DNA of 64,000 bases, taken from the NCBI GenBank assembly GCA_951406725.2, contig OX597818.1:136772001-136836000 (forward strand), given 5' to 3'. Source of the stretch: Octopus vulgaris (Eukaryota). Under the pieces are notes generated by a model that was given only the letters and a program-made list of their open reading frames with translations, searched no databases and was not told the origin of the DNA. How positions within the stretch are numbered: the stretch's first letter is position 1; the number at the start of each line of letters is the position of its first letter. This document shows positions 50,943 to 62,830 of this stretch, in pieces. The translations under genes and the position numbers were made by a program.

Positions 50943-51179
50943 ATGTTAGAGAATCATATTTTGTTCAAACATCTGGTTTGGTTTGGTTTGTTTTTTAAGG
51001 ATCGATACCCTCTCCAACACCAACCACTTTACAGAGTGCCTTAGGTACATTTTTCAGGACTAGCTCCAAAAGTATTGCCACGGCCCTTTGCATAACTACA
51101 GAAGTCACTCAACCCTGTGCTGTCTCTCCAGCTGACCTGCTCTCCAGTTGGCCTGCTCTCCATTTGACTTGCTCTCCAT
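50943..51179 (-). repeat. Inverted duplicate of 45062-45270
   Basis: Reverse-complement match including minisatellite units; 23-bp direct repeats at both junctions. Confidence 0.92.
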
Positions 51180-51697
51180 AAGGATGAATCCTTATGGAGG
51201 TTAGTAAAAAAATACCAATCTAAAGCAGCAGATTGGCAGAACTGTAAAAACATTGCACCAGACACCTTGTGCATCATGAGTTCAAATTCCACTGCGACCT
51301 ACTTGGGTGGCTGAGGTGTTAAAGCACTGAACAGACTGCCATGTGAATGCTGCTCTTAGTCTTTATGGCCTGAGTTCAAAACTTGCCAAGATCAGTTTCA
51401 CCTTTCCTCCTCTTTGGAGGTTAATAAAGAATTAGCCAAGAACAGTGGCTGGAGCATCAAAAAAGATACTGCAATAACCTGTTGCTTGGTTTAACACCAT
51501 CATCTGGCACCCTGGGTGCTTTTAGGGAGTCCACATTGTAGCAAGATTTCTGGTTTGAGGATATCTTCCTCCCTCCCTTCCACCCCTCGAAGGTCCTGTA
51601 GACAGGTCATGGGCACTACTTGCCCTGTTGACTAAAAGATCAAAAAAGAAATCAGTACACACACATGCATGTGCATATGTGTATATGCATGTGTGTG

Positions 51698-51734
<37 letters not shown>

Positions 51735-51852
51735 TTTAAAATAATAAGGGTGAAAAATTGAATATTAATTTGATTAATATCAATTTAAAACCAGTGGTCT
51801 AGCATATTGAAAAGTCTGAAGCTTCAGAAAAATTTATATTACATACATATAA

Positions 51853-52044
51853 GAGGGATGACCTGTAAGTGGACATCCATTATGCTAGAAGAAGATCCGC
51901 TATTGACTTACCACTCAGAAAGGAATGTTCTCAAGAAAATTTAGCAAATGCCAGAAACTTTCTTGAGAACATTTTTTTGTTAGTGGTAAGACTAAAGCAG
52001 ACCTTCTTCTAGCATAATGGATGTCCACTTACAGGTCATCCCTC
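51853..52044. repeat. 192-bp foldback palindrome
   Basis: Perfect 42-bp outer arms (51853-51894 / 52003-52044) and a perfect 15-bp inner arm. Confidence 0.93.
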
Positions 52045-52158
52045 ATATATATATATATAAGTTTCGTTTTGTTGCATTCTTATCAGTTCAGAATTAATTC
52101 TTGGTTTCAATTATCAGCATGATGTTTGATGTATTTCCTTTGGATTCAGCAGTTTTGA

Positions 52159-52215
<57 letters not shown>

Positions 52216-53350
52216 GTGGGGTGGGAGGAGAAAGAGCACTAAGCTGTACTTTGTGTGTATGTGTGATTGAGTAATCAGATAGCAAGAGAGAGTAATAGTG
52301 ACAGATAAATAAGGCAAAGGATTTTGATGTTCTCTGGTTTCTCTGGACAGGTTATCTAAATAACTTCTTTGTAAATATAGATAGTTTATGAGCTTAGCTG
52401 TCTAAGTATTAGTAACAGTATTAGAAATAATGAGAGAGAGAGGGGAATAATAGAAATAGCAAGAGAGAGAAAATAAGAGAAGAACAGGAGAAATAAAAGA
52501 GAGAACTTTTAAAGATAATAATAAAAGAGGGTGAAAGATATAAAGAGAGTAAGTGAAAGTGAACAGCTTGTGAAAGAGGAAATGAACAGAAGAAAGCTAG
52601 ACAAAGGTATTGAGAGAGAAGGAAAGAGAGAACAAGTATTCACTGCCATCTATGAACAGGAATAGTAAAAGAAGAAGAAGAAGAAGAAGAACCTTCTGAA
52701 ACTCACATAAAACAAACACAAACACACCTAAATTCTATAGTTCTTCAGAAAGAATAGTTTCCCTTCTTTGCATTTCTTGGATGGAGGGGAGCTAGTTGAG
52801 ATTCCGAAGATACTCAAAACCATTTACCAGATTGAATGTCAGTCAGCTTACATAAATTGGTAATTAGAAATTTGGACTAAAAAGATCCAAGGAATTCTAA
52901 AAGCAAGATAAAGGGCCGTTGTTTTACGCTATGCAAGTTAGCGATTTAATATATTTGCATGGTTGAGTGTCGTGGGGGACAGTTGGTATGCAAGTACGTA
53001 CTTCATCTATTAAATATATCAAAAAGTGTCTTCTTTGCAGATAATATTAATATACAGAGACGATGTACTTTATCTCTCACCCTTCTCCTCTCCTTTGTTA
53101 TCTATCGTAGCTTCTAGACTAATTACATTCCACCGGATGAAGTATTTTCTTTGCTTCACATCTCGATAAAAGATTTTCTCAGCTTTATATTCATTAATTC
53201 AAATGAAATCAAATTTGGCTCAGCCAGTTTTCCAGCCCATCTTCAGGTGATATAAATTCACTTTTGCTTTCAGCTCTAGAAAATTTGTTTATTTATATAT
53301 CTCGAGTAAGAAAATTTAATTAATAATTAAATATTGTTAATTAAATATCA

Positions 53351-54172
53351 TCAAGTCATCCCATAAGTTCTGTCCGATTTTTACCATTTCCAAAATTGAA
53401 TGAAGTTTAAATAGTATTTTAGAATGACTAATGGAATTAAAAATTATTTTTATGCATTTACTCTTTGACTTGTTTCAGTCATATGACTATGGCCATGCTG
53501 GAGCACTGCCTTTCGTCGAGCAAACCAATCCCAGGACTTATTCTTTGTAAGCTTAGTACTAATTCAATCGGTCTCTTTTGCCAAACCACTAAGTTACGGG
53601 GACGTAAACACACCAGCATCGGTTGTCAAGCAATGATGGGGGGACAAACACAAACACTCAAACATATATACATACACACACACATATATATATAAATGAC
53701 GGGCTTCTTTTAGTTTCCGTCTACCAAATCCACTCACAAGGGTTTGGTCAGCCCGAGGCTATAGTAGAAGACACTTGCCCAAGGTTCCACACAGTGGGAC
53801 TGAACCCGGAACCATGTGGTTTGTAAGCAAGCTACTTACCACACAGCCACTCCTATGCCTATGTGTACATTCAAACTAATTAAATATTATTTTACAGAAT
53901 AATAGAATTAGAATTTCTTTGATTAAAACCCTTTCTAACATGGAAGTATCCAAAGAGCATTTGAGGCACATAATGCTTTATGAGTATGAAAAAGGAAACT
54001 CTGCAGCCAAAGCGACTTGAAACACACTCAGTTTATGGGAAAGAATGCTTGAATGAAAGAACTTGCAGAAGATGGTTTGCAAAGTTCAGAATTTGAGATT
54101 TCAGCTTTGAAGATGAAGATCGAACAGGACATCCAGTCGAGTTTGATGATAAGCTCCTTGAGGTATTACTTA
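53351..54172 (+). mobile_element. Mariner transposon 5' fragment (TIR and N-terminal HTH), interrupted by a SINE
   Basis: ATG 53940: MEVSKEHLRHIMLYEYEKGNSAAKAT*...VYGKECLNERTCRRWFAKFR..DFSFEDEDRTGHP; TIR-like TCAAGTCATCCCATAAGTTCTGTCCG. Confidence 0.88.
53457..53860 (-). mobile_element. SINE family A inside the mariner
   Basis: Consensus match. Confidence 0.9.
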
Positions 54173-54519
54173 ATCATGGCTTCATGACTAGCCTGTGGCT
54201 AAACAATAACACCACACATATATACATATAAAATACAAAGGTAATGGTGTAGTCAAAATGGATGTAGCTGTCACAAGGAAAGGAAAACAATATTGTTTCA
54301 GGCTGATGCTCTTTGTCAAGAATGAATTCTAATCCAGGATGAAGAAGAGAAAACAGGAGTTCTGTGTTTGCCAGTTCAAAAGCAGAATGAGACAATTGGG
54401 TGTGGCTGGTTAGATGCTGACAATTTGGCATGGCTGACTGGATGGATATTCAACCTGTTTTTGTGACAGTATGTGTTTTGGCACAGGAGACAATCACATA
54501 CATATGCACAGAAATATAC

Positions 54520-54997
54520 ACAAAGAGAGTGAGAGAGAAAGATGCATTACACATACATACAAATGTAACTAGATACTCACAGAGAAAGTGAGAGAGAGAG
54601 ATAGAGAGGGAGAAGTAGAGAGAGAGGTAAAAAGAGAGAGATAGATTAAATAGAAAGACGTTACAAATACACACAAGCATAACTAGATGCTCACAGAGAG
54701 AAAGAGAGAGAGAGAAGAAGAGAGAAGTAGAAAGAGAGAGAGGTAGAAAGATAGAGAGAGAGGTAGAGAAAGTGAGAAAGAAACAGAGAAAGATAGATGG
54801 ATAGACAGACATTACAAATACACACAAGCATAACTAGATGTTCACAGAGAGAGAGAGAGAGAGGAAGAAAGAGAGAAGTAGAAAGAGAGAGAGGTAGAAA
54901 GATAGAGTGAGGGGTAGAGAGAGAGGAAGAAACAGAGAAAGATAGATGGATAGAAAGACATTACAATACACACAAGCATAACTAGATGCTCAGAGAA

Positions 54998-55048
<51 letters not shown>

Positions 55049-55120
55049 GAAAAAGATAGGGATAGAAAGAAATTACAAATGCATGCAAGCATAAGTAGGT
55101 GCTCACACAGACAAACAGAA
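54520..55120. repeat. (GA)-rich higher-order repeat, 5 units
   Basis: Anchor TTACAAATACACACAAGCATAACTAGATG recurs between GA tracts. Confidence 0.85.
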
Positions 55121-55533
55121 AAAGAGAAGGAGATACTGAGAGGAATATTAAAAGTGTCTGATGTCGACTAAGTTAGCATTGGATGAGCAATGCAAAAGAG
55201 GGGGCACCAAAATGGCTATGTCAAGATGTCTTGTAGCCATCTAGGAGACATAATAATAAAAAAGCAAAAGCAAAGTAGAAGTTTACATTTGTATATCTAG
55301 GTGCAGCGCTGGGTTAATCATTAAGCGAAATAAGCACATGCTTAGGGCATCAAGGGGCACCACAGAAATGGTAAATGGTTTACGGCACAAAAGAAATCAC
55401 TTTGAACTTGCTAATATAATATTTGGGACGCCTCCTTTGTCTCCACTAAATATCTGTCAAATGTAAATAATGTACATAACTCCTCATCTCTTAAATATTG
55501 AACTGTCTTAAGTCACTCTGTAACTATTGCCAA

Positions 55534-55590
55534 TCTATTATAATAAAAGCGGAATTCTGTCTGTCCGTCTGGGACCCCTGTATCTCAGTT
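55534..55590 (+). mobile_element. Helitron-like 5' end
   Basis: A|TCTATTATAATAAAAGCGG...CTGTCTGTCCGTCTG. Confidence 0.45.
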
Positions 55591-55597
55591 TATATTT

Positions 55598-56022
55598 GCT
55601 CTCTTTTATCTCTTTTTTTACTCATTTACTTGTTTCAGTCATTTGACTGCGGCCATGCTGGAGCACCACCTTTAGTTGAGCAACTCGACTCCGGGACTTA
55701 TTCTTTGTAAGCCCAGTACTTATTCTATCAGTCTCTTTTGCCGAACCGCTAAGTGACGGGGACGTAAACACACCAGCATCGGTTGTCAAGCAATGCTAGG
55801 GGGACAAACACAGACACACAAACACACACACACACATATATATATACATACATATATACGACAGGCTTCTTTCAGTTTCCGTCTACCAAATCCACTCACA
55901 AGGCATTGGTCGGCCCGGGGCTATAGCAGAAGACACTTGCCCAAGATGCCACGCAGTGGGACTGAACCCAGAACCATGTGGCTGGTTAGCAAGTTACTTA
56001 CCACACAGCCACTCCTGCGCCT
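55598..56022 (-). mobile_element. SINE family A, young subfamily
   Basis: Near-identical to 33078-33493. Confidence 0.92.
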
Positions 56023-56468
56023 ATAGACATATTATACCGTTTGGGAATCAAGATGATCCTGGGATTGAAAATCTGCCCTTCATTTGGTTCTTGAACATCC
56101 AGTATCAGGATCTGATTTAAAAGCATTTGGGTTGCTATTTCTAGCAGGTAAAGCTCGGCTGATTCATGCCACCTTAGTCAGCATTTGTCAGATGATGTCA
56201 GAGATAAAGGGGGAGATAAATGACATTTGCTTCATTAATTTTTCAGCGAGATAAGAACTTTGGAACAAATTGGCCAACAGTTGGAATTCAATTTGGGACT
56301 GGAATAATAGAATGATTGTATTACGGAATTAATTCTCATCAGTCCTTAACCTCTGATCAAACACCGCTGGGGTATATAGTCATTATAGACGTATTTATAG
56401 TCATGCTATTTAGCTCTCTTTAGTTTTGGGCCACAGGTCCAATTAGCCCTCTGCAGAAGCTAGATTAA

Positions 56469-56689
56469 CCCTTTAGTGTTCACATTATTCTGCCAAAGTT
56501 AATCCTTTTTCCTCCTCATTGTTTTGAACTAATCATGCATTATCTTGTAGCTATGAGATTTTGATGAGGTAGCTGTTAATTTTTTAAACAATATTGTAGG
56601 GTTGGTGTGAGAGACCAGATCTGGCCAGTTTGACCATAAAACAAGCAGAATACTTTTGGCTGGATATGGCCGGTTTAAATGCTGAAGGG
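56469..56689. mobile_element. piggyBac-like MITE E1
   Basis: TTAA TSDs, CCCTTTAG/CTGAAGGG ends; closest to the 15804 copy. Confidence 0.88.
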
Positions 56690-56784
56690 TTAAAAGTCCA
56701 CACAGAGTGTGGCTTCTAAGCTAGTTAATAATAAAGAAACAATTTTTGTATATCAAGCTATATAAATAAATTGAATTCACTTAC

Positions 56785-56978
56785 GTCAGTTGTTCTTGAA
56801 GACATTGCAAGCCACATCAACATGAGGTTTGTCTTTGACTTGCAACACTTTCTGGATATGAGACACTAAGGCAGTGTCAAGGTCACTTGGAGAGCTCCTT
56901 TTTGGGTCAGTCAGTTTAGCCCTTAATTGTCCAATGGCATCAGCTGTTGGACCATTCAGGATATAAATCTCCAACAAT
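56785..56978 (-). CDS. Candidate last coding exon of an unidentified protein (hAT dimerisation-domain-like)
   Basis: TATTTTCAG acceptor, GTAAGT donor, a single open frame LLEIYILNGPTADA...ACNVFKNN* with the stop 1 nt before the donor. Confidence 0.5.
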
Positions 56979-57527
56979 CTGAAAATACATCATTATAAAT
57001 AAGCTTGAAAAAGGGAATTATGGTGGGTGGCTTCTGGGGTTAAGGCCCTGGTTAATGCCTTTGTCATACAATGGCTAAAATTCTGTTATTTTTATTGATC
57101 TGGCTTTGGCCGTTTAGGGAATTCTTGTAGCATTAAATATCTTTAATTTACCTTAGTGAAAATATAGATTATTCCCTCTGAACAATTAAGGGATTTACAT
57201 TAAGTTCTGAAAATATCTACAGCATAAATTTCTCCAAATATCTAAATCTGAAGAACCTTCTAGCTAGTGCAAGCTTGAGAACGAATGGTGGAAGGGGAGG
57301 GGTGAAAGGAAGGGGGAAATGTTTGAACCGAATAAATAAATACTAAGTAAATTGAATTTTGTTCACAAAGGAATTTGTGGAAGAAAGGAAGAGGAAAGAA
57401 AGTGAAATGAACTGGAATATACAGGTTGTATGTGTGAGAGGGGTAAAAGGAGGAAGGAGAGAGAGAGAGAGAGAAAGAGAAAGTGAAAGTAAAGCATGAG
57501 TGTGAATAAACAGATATATATATACAC

Positions 57528-57642
57528 GTAATGGGTGTATTCTCTGTTGGAAGATTAATGGAAACAATTTCCAGCCTATCAGATATCTTGAAATGTTCTT
57601 CTTGAAGCAAAATACCGTATTCTCTATGGTATACGGCAAATT
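57528..57642 (-). CDS. Candidate upstream coding exon (115 nt)
   Basis: CTTTGCAACTTTATAG acceptor, open frame FAVYHREYGILLQEEHFKISDRLEIVSINLPTENTPI, weak GTGTAT donor in phase 2 matching the next exon. Confidence 0.42.
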
Positions 57643-58699
57643 CTATAAAGTTGCAAAGAACTGAATGGTTCCATCATTAATGCATTTACCTATTGGAAAG
57701 CTTTTACCACAATTGCCAGATTGATGCCGTAGCTATCAACATCATCATCAAGTTAAAATTTTTGTTCTTCTATGCAGACACGGTTTAGATGTTACAATTT
57801 ATGTAAAAGGCAAACCAAGGTTTGAAGAAACCAATAATGGTTAGCACCAGTGAAGTTTGTAAATTCAGAGAAGTCATTGTAGTTAAGGATGATGGCACTC
57901 CTGACATTTGGTGCAGGCAGAAAGTCTCCATTAATCTTAACAGCAAAGACTAACACCACTGAACTTTTTCATCTTCTGTACCCTGTTTCCACCCTCAGTA
58001 CTAAAGGCTCTGTTAACTTAGCTATAAGGTCTCCCTCTACTGTCTTCTATATTTTCTGTATTCTGATTCTACCTTGATTGCTAATGGTTGTTTACTTGCT
58101 GCTCCTTAACTATTTCCTTTCTCTTCCCTACCTTAATGCCTTAGTTAAAGGCAATAATCATGACCGATATTTTAGGGTTGCAGACTTGTGGAAGCTATCT
58201 TCAAACCAGAGATGCAACTGAAATGCTTCCAACCGCATGGACTCTGTGATAAACCAAGTGATGGATAAAGTCTACATTCTAAAAGCAAGTAATGGCCACT
58301 TCATTGAAATTCTTCAGAGTTTTGGGTATCAAGTTCTACTCACGACACTTTGGTTAACCAAAGGTTCTAGTAAAAGTCACATGGCCAAGATGTTGCAGAA
58401 TGAGATTGAACCTGGAAACATTAGTTGTCAAGCAAACTTCTTAACTGCACAGCACCAAAATCCTCCCATCTATAACTATAAGCAATAACAAGAACGCTGC
58501 TGCTGCCATCACCACTACCATAGTATTTGCTTTGTTTTTGGTGATGTTATGTATCACCAAGCAAGGCAGGATGATGCTATGAAAGCCATATCTTTCTTTT
58601 GTTATGAATATTTCAGTCTTATCCATACACATGTTGCTTGTGAATAGCCGGCTCTCTGGTGGTTACAGCAACAAGTGTTGATTCAAACAATGGAACAGC

Positions 58700-58975
58700 T
58701 TCATCATCATTGTTTAACATCCATTTTCCGTGCTAGCATGGGTTGGACGGTTCAACCGGGGTCTGGGAAGCCAGGAGGCTGCACCAGGCTCCAGTCTGAT
58801 CTGGCAGTGTTTCTACAGCTGGATGCCCTTCCTAATGCCAACCACTCCGTGAGTGTAGTGGGTGCTTTTTATGTGCCAGGGGAGGCTGGCAGCGGCCATG
58901 ATCGGTTGGTGCTTTTTACGTGCCACCGGCACAGAAGCCAGTCAGGGCAGCGCTAGCATCGGCCACGTTCGGATG
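58700..58975 (-). mobile_element. Family B tail
   Basis: Family motif and (GAT)n tail. Confidence 0.82.
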
Positions 58976-59230
58976 AAATTAACATGCAAGTGACTGAGCA
59001 CTCCACAGACATGCATACTCACTATATAGTTCTCAGGGAGATTCAGCGTGACATGAGATGTGACAAAGCTGGCTATTTTGAATTATAGCTACAACTCATT
59101 TTTGCCAGCTGAGTGGACTGGAGCAACATGAAATAAAGTGTCTTGCTCAAGGACAAAATGCACGATCAGGAATTGAACTCATGACCCTACAGTCATGAGC
59201 TGAATACCCTAACCACTAAGCCATGCATCT
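58973..59230 (-). mobile_element. SINE with a family G head and a family F-type tail
   Basis: Head matches 59371 copy; tail matches ~36030-36150. Confidence 0.75.
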
Positions 59231-59370
59231 TCACTGCTTGTGAACACTGATGTTAGCAATGGTTATACTCATCATGAGGTCATGAAAATGTAACCAACAC
59301 ATTCAGAGTGAGGGTACCATTGTAGGTGTACCTCATATGTGTCAACTTCAATTGTTTATGCATTTTTCTG

Positions 59371-59725
59371 GTGGCCTGCATGGCTCAGTGGTTAGAGCAT
59401 CAAGCTTACGATCGTGAGGTTGTGAGTTTGATTCCCGGGATGGGCTAAGTGTTGCCTTCTTGAGTAAGATACTTTATTTCATGTTGCTCCAGTTCACTCA
59501 GCTGTAGAAATGAGTTGCGACGTCACGGGTGCCAAGTTGTATCCGCCTTTGCCTTTCCTTTGGATAACATCAGTGGCATGGAGAGGGGCAGCTGGTATGC
59601 ATGGGTGACTGCTGGTCTTCCATAAAAACAACCTCAGGTCATGCATTCGTCGGTGAGGCGACTTTCCACGCAGACTTGTGCCATGGAGGGGAACCTCTTA
59701 GATGCACCAATGGTCATTCATAACT
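59371..59725 (+). mobile_element. tRNA-derived SINE family G
   Basis: TGGCTCAGTGG A box, AGTTTGATTCC B-box-like, CORE-like body. Confidence 0.82.
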
Positions 59726-60058
59726 GACAGAGTCGAGTAAAAGGTGACATGCATGTAGTTTGATCTGTAAAATTTTGTGTAAATCATCATAGTATGGTTT
59801 TGTGTGGTTAGTGGCATACAAGGTTGGGCAGTGCATCACATTTAAAGGTTTGTTCCATGGTGGATGTGTATCTGAACTGCTTTGACTTACATTACTATTC
59901 ATAGTTACATGACGAGCTCAGGATAGTTAAACAATTTCACATTTCCTCCAAGAATGTCAGAAGGTGACTGGTATGAATTCTGTGTCGATTTCTACCATAT
60001 ATTTCAAGTGTGTGTGTTTGTGTGCATGTCTTTGTGCGTGCATGTCTTTGCATGCATA

Positions 60059-60096
<38 letters not shown>

Positions 60097-60588
60097 AGTG
60101 AGTGTGTGTGCGTGTGTGTGTGTGTGTGTATGTGAGTGAGTGCTTGTGTCTGTGTGTGTGTGTGTGTAATAGGTGCAGGCATAGATGTGTGGTTAAGGTG
60201 TTTGCTTTAAAACCAAATGGTTTTGGGTTCAACCCAGTTGTACGGCAATGATTTGAGAGAAAGAAACACTGCTGAAACATCATCGTCATCATCATGATCA
60301 TCCTCATCAGTTAATATCCATCTTCCATTCTGCTTTGTGTTGAATTGTGTGACAGGATCCGACAAGCAGGAGAATGCATTGAACACCAATGTCTGCTTTG
60401 GCATGGTTTCTATGGATAGATGCTCTCCTAACACCAATCACTCAACAAAGTATACTGAGTGTTTTTCATGTCACAGTAACAAGTGAGGTCACCAGGAAAC
60501 TTTCAAATTTTGGCACAAGGCCAGCACTCTTGGGTGAGGCATAAGTTGATTGCATCAACCCCAGTGATCAAATGGTACTTATTTTATT

Positions 60589-60815
60589 AGGCGAGCTGGC
60601 AGAAACGTTAGCACGCCAAACGAAATGCTTAGCGGTATTTCGTCTGCGTTACGTTGTGAGTTCAAATTCCGCTCAGTCGACTTTGCCTTTCATCCTTTCG
60701 GGGTCGATAAATTAAGTACCAGTTACGCACTGGGGTCGATGTATTCGACTTAATACCTATGTCTGTCCTTGTTTGTCCCCTCTGTGTTTAGCCCCTTGTG
60801 GGTAATAAAGAAATA
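60589..60815 (+). mobile_element. Young SINE C nested in older minus-strand C copies (~60505-61047)
   Basis: Perfect 15-bp TSD GGTACTTATTTTATT. Confidence 0.92.
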
Positions 60816-61051
60816 GGTACTTATTTTATTGACACTGAAAGCACGAAAGGCAAAGCTGACTTCAGTGAATTTGAACTCAGAATGTAGAGATGGCCGAAGT
60901 GCTGCTAAGCATTTCATCTGATGTTCTAATGATTCTGCCAGTTCACCATCTTAATAATAATGATTTCAAAATTTGGCATAAGGCAAGTAAGTTCGTGGAA
61001 GGGAATTAATTAATTACATTGACCCAGTGCTCAACTGGTCCTTATTTTTGC

Positions 61052-61910
61052 ATGATGCATGTGTACGAACAGCCATGCTACATGGCAGTGAAACATGGAC
61101 TGTGACTGCTGAGGACATGCGTAAGCTCGCAAGGAATGAAGCCAGTATGCTTTGATGGATGTGTAATGTCAGTGTGCATACTCGACAGAGTGTAAGTACC
61201 TTGAGAGAAAAGTTGGACCTAAGAAGCATCAGTTGTGGTGTGCAAGAGAGATGACTGTACTGGTATGGTCATGTGGCGAGAATGGATGTGGATAGCTGTG
61301 TGAAAAATCAAAATCAAATTTGATGACAGGCATCCATGCTAGTGGAGTGCTAAGAGCACAATCCGAGTGTGATCGTTGCCAGAGCAACAAACTGGTTTCC
61401 ATGCTGGTGGCATGTAAAAAGCACCATTTGAGTGTGATTGTTACCTGCGTTGCCTTACTGGCACTTGTGCTGGTGGCACGTGAAAAAACATTCATTGCCA
61501 GTGCCACTGAACTGACTCCTGTGCAGGTGGTACATAAAAAGCACCATTTGAGTGTGGCCACTGCCAGTACCGTCTGACTGGCACTCATACCAGGCTCAGA
61601 CAGGTCTCAGTGACCTTCAACAAGATCATAGTACTCTCAAATGATGTCTTCATTTGGGCTCTTTCCTGTTCATCTAGTAGATCAGATCAAAAAGATAATG
61701 GGGTGATAAATGTCCCCTATGCCAGTGGCATGTAAAAGCACCCACTACACTCTCAGAGTGGTTGGCGTTAGGAAGGGCATCCAGCTGTAGAAACTCTGCC
61801 AGATCAAGATTGGAGCCTTGTGCAGCCACCTGGTTCGCCAGACCTCAGTCAAATTGTCCAACCCATGCTAGCATGGGAAGTGGACATTAAACGACAATGA
61901 TGATGATGAT
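61052..61910 (+). mobile_element. RTE LINE C-terminal relic followed by family B 3' UTR/tail
   Basis: DACVRTAMLHGSETWTVT...LREKLDLRSI...WYGHVARMD, then B repeats and (GAT)n. Confidence 0.88.
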
Positions 61911-62031
61911 CTTGAAAGGATGAAAAGTTAAGTTGAACTTGGTCCAATTTGAACTCAAAACATAAAGACAGATGAAACTGCTGCTAAGCATTTTGTCTGG
62001 CATGCTAACGATTTGGCCAGCTCACCACCTT

Positions 62032-62095
<64 letters not shown>

Positions 62096-62469
62096 ATAAG
62101 AATATAATTACTGTAGTTATTACATAAAGTTATTATATACCAAAACCATGAACATACATGAAGTTCTTTTTTTCATCTTGTTTATGAAAAAAACAACAAA
62201 ACACAACGAGGCAACAACAACATTAAGAACAAAACCACAAAAAATGTTACCTTTGATGTGGGTGAAAATATAAATAAATAAATGAGTTACTCATCCATTT
62301 ACTGGTTGGTGTCTAGTCAGTGGTGGGTAGTGGGGTGGAAAATGTGGATGTGTGTATATATGTGTGCGAGAGAGAGAGAGGTATGTCCTGGCTTATTACA
62401 TTAGTTACTTTCATAATTCCTAGATAACAATTACATTACCGACACACCATTATAACAATCATGATAGGA

Positions 62470-62537
62470 ATTATCATTATTATTATTATTACTATTATTA
62501 CTATTATTACTATTATTATTACTATCATTATTATTAC

Positions 62538-62573
<36 letters not shown>

Positions 62574-62609
62574 TATTATTACTATTATTATTACTATCAT
62601 TATTATTAC

Positions 62610-62653
<44 letters not shown>

Positions 62654-62745
62654 TATTATTACTATTATTATTACTATCATTATTACTATCATTATTATTA
62701 CTATTATTATTACTATCATTATTACTATCATTATTATTATTACTA

Positions 62746-62782
<37 letters not shown>

Positions 62783-62830
62783 TATTATTACTATCATTAT
62801 TATTATTACTATCATTATTATTATTATTAT
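62470..62830. repeat. (ATT/ACT/ATC)n trinucleotide microsatellite
   Basis: Direct inspection. Confidence 0.97.

Noticed and set aside
55304-57049. hAT element enclosing the candidate exon (CAGCGCTGGGTTAA ... GGTTAAGGCCCTG)
   Set aside because: Right end matches poorly and no 8-bp TSD is visible; only a left-end fragment is plausible
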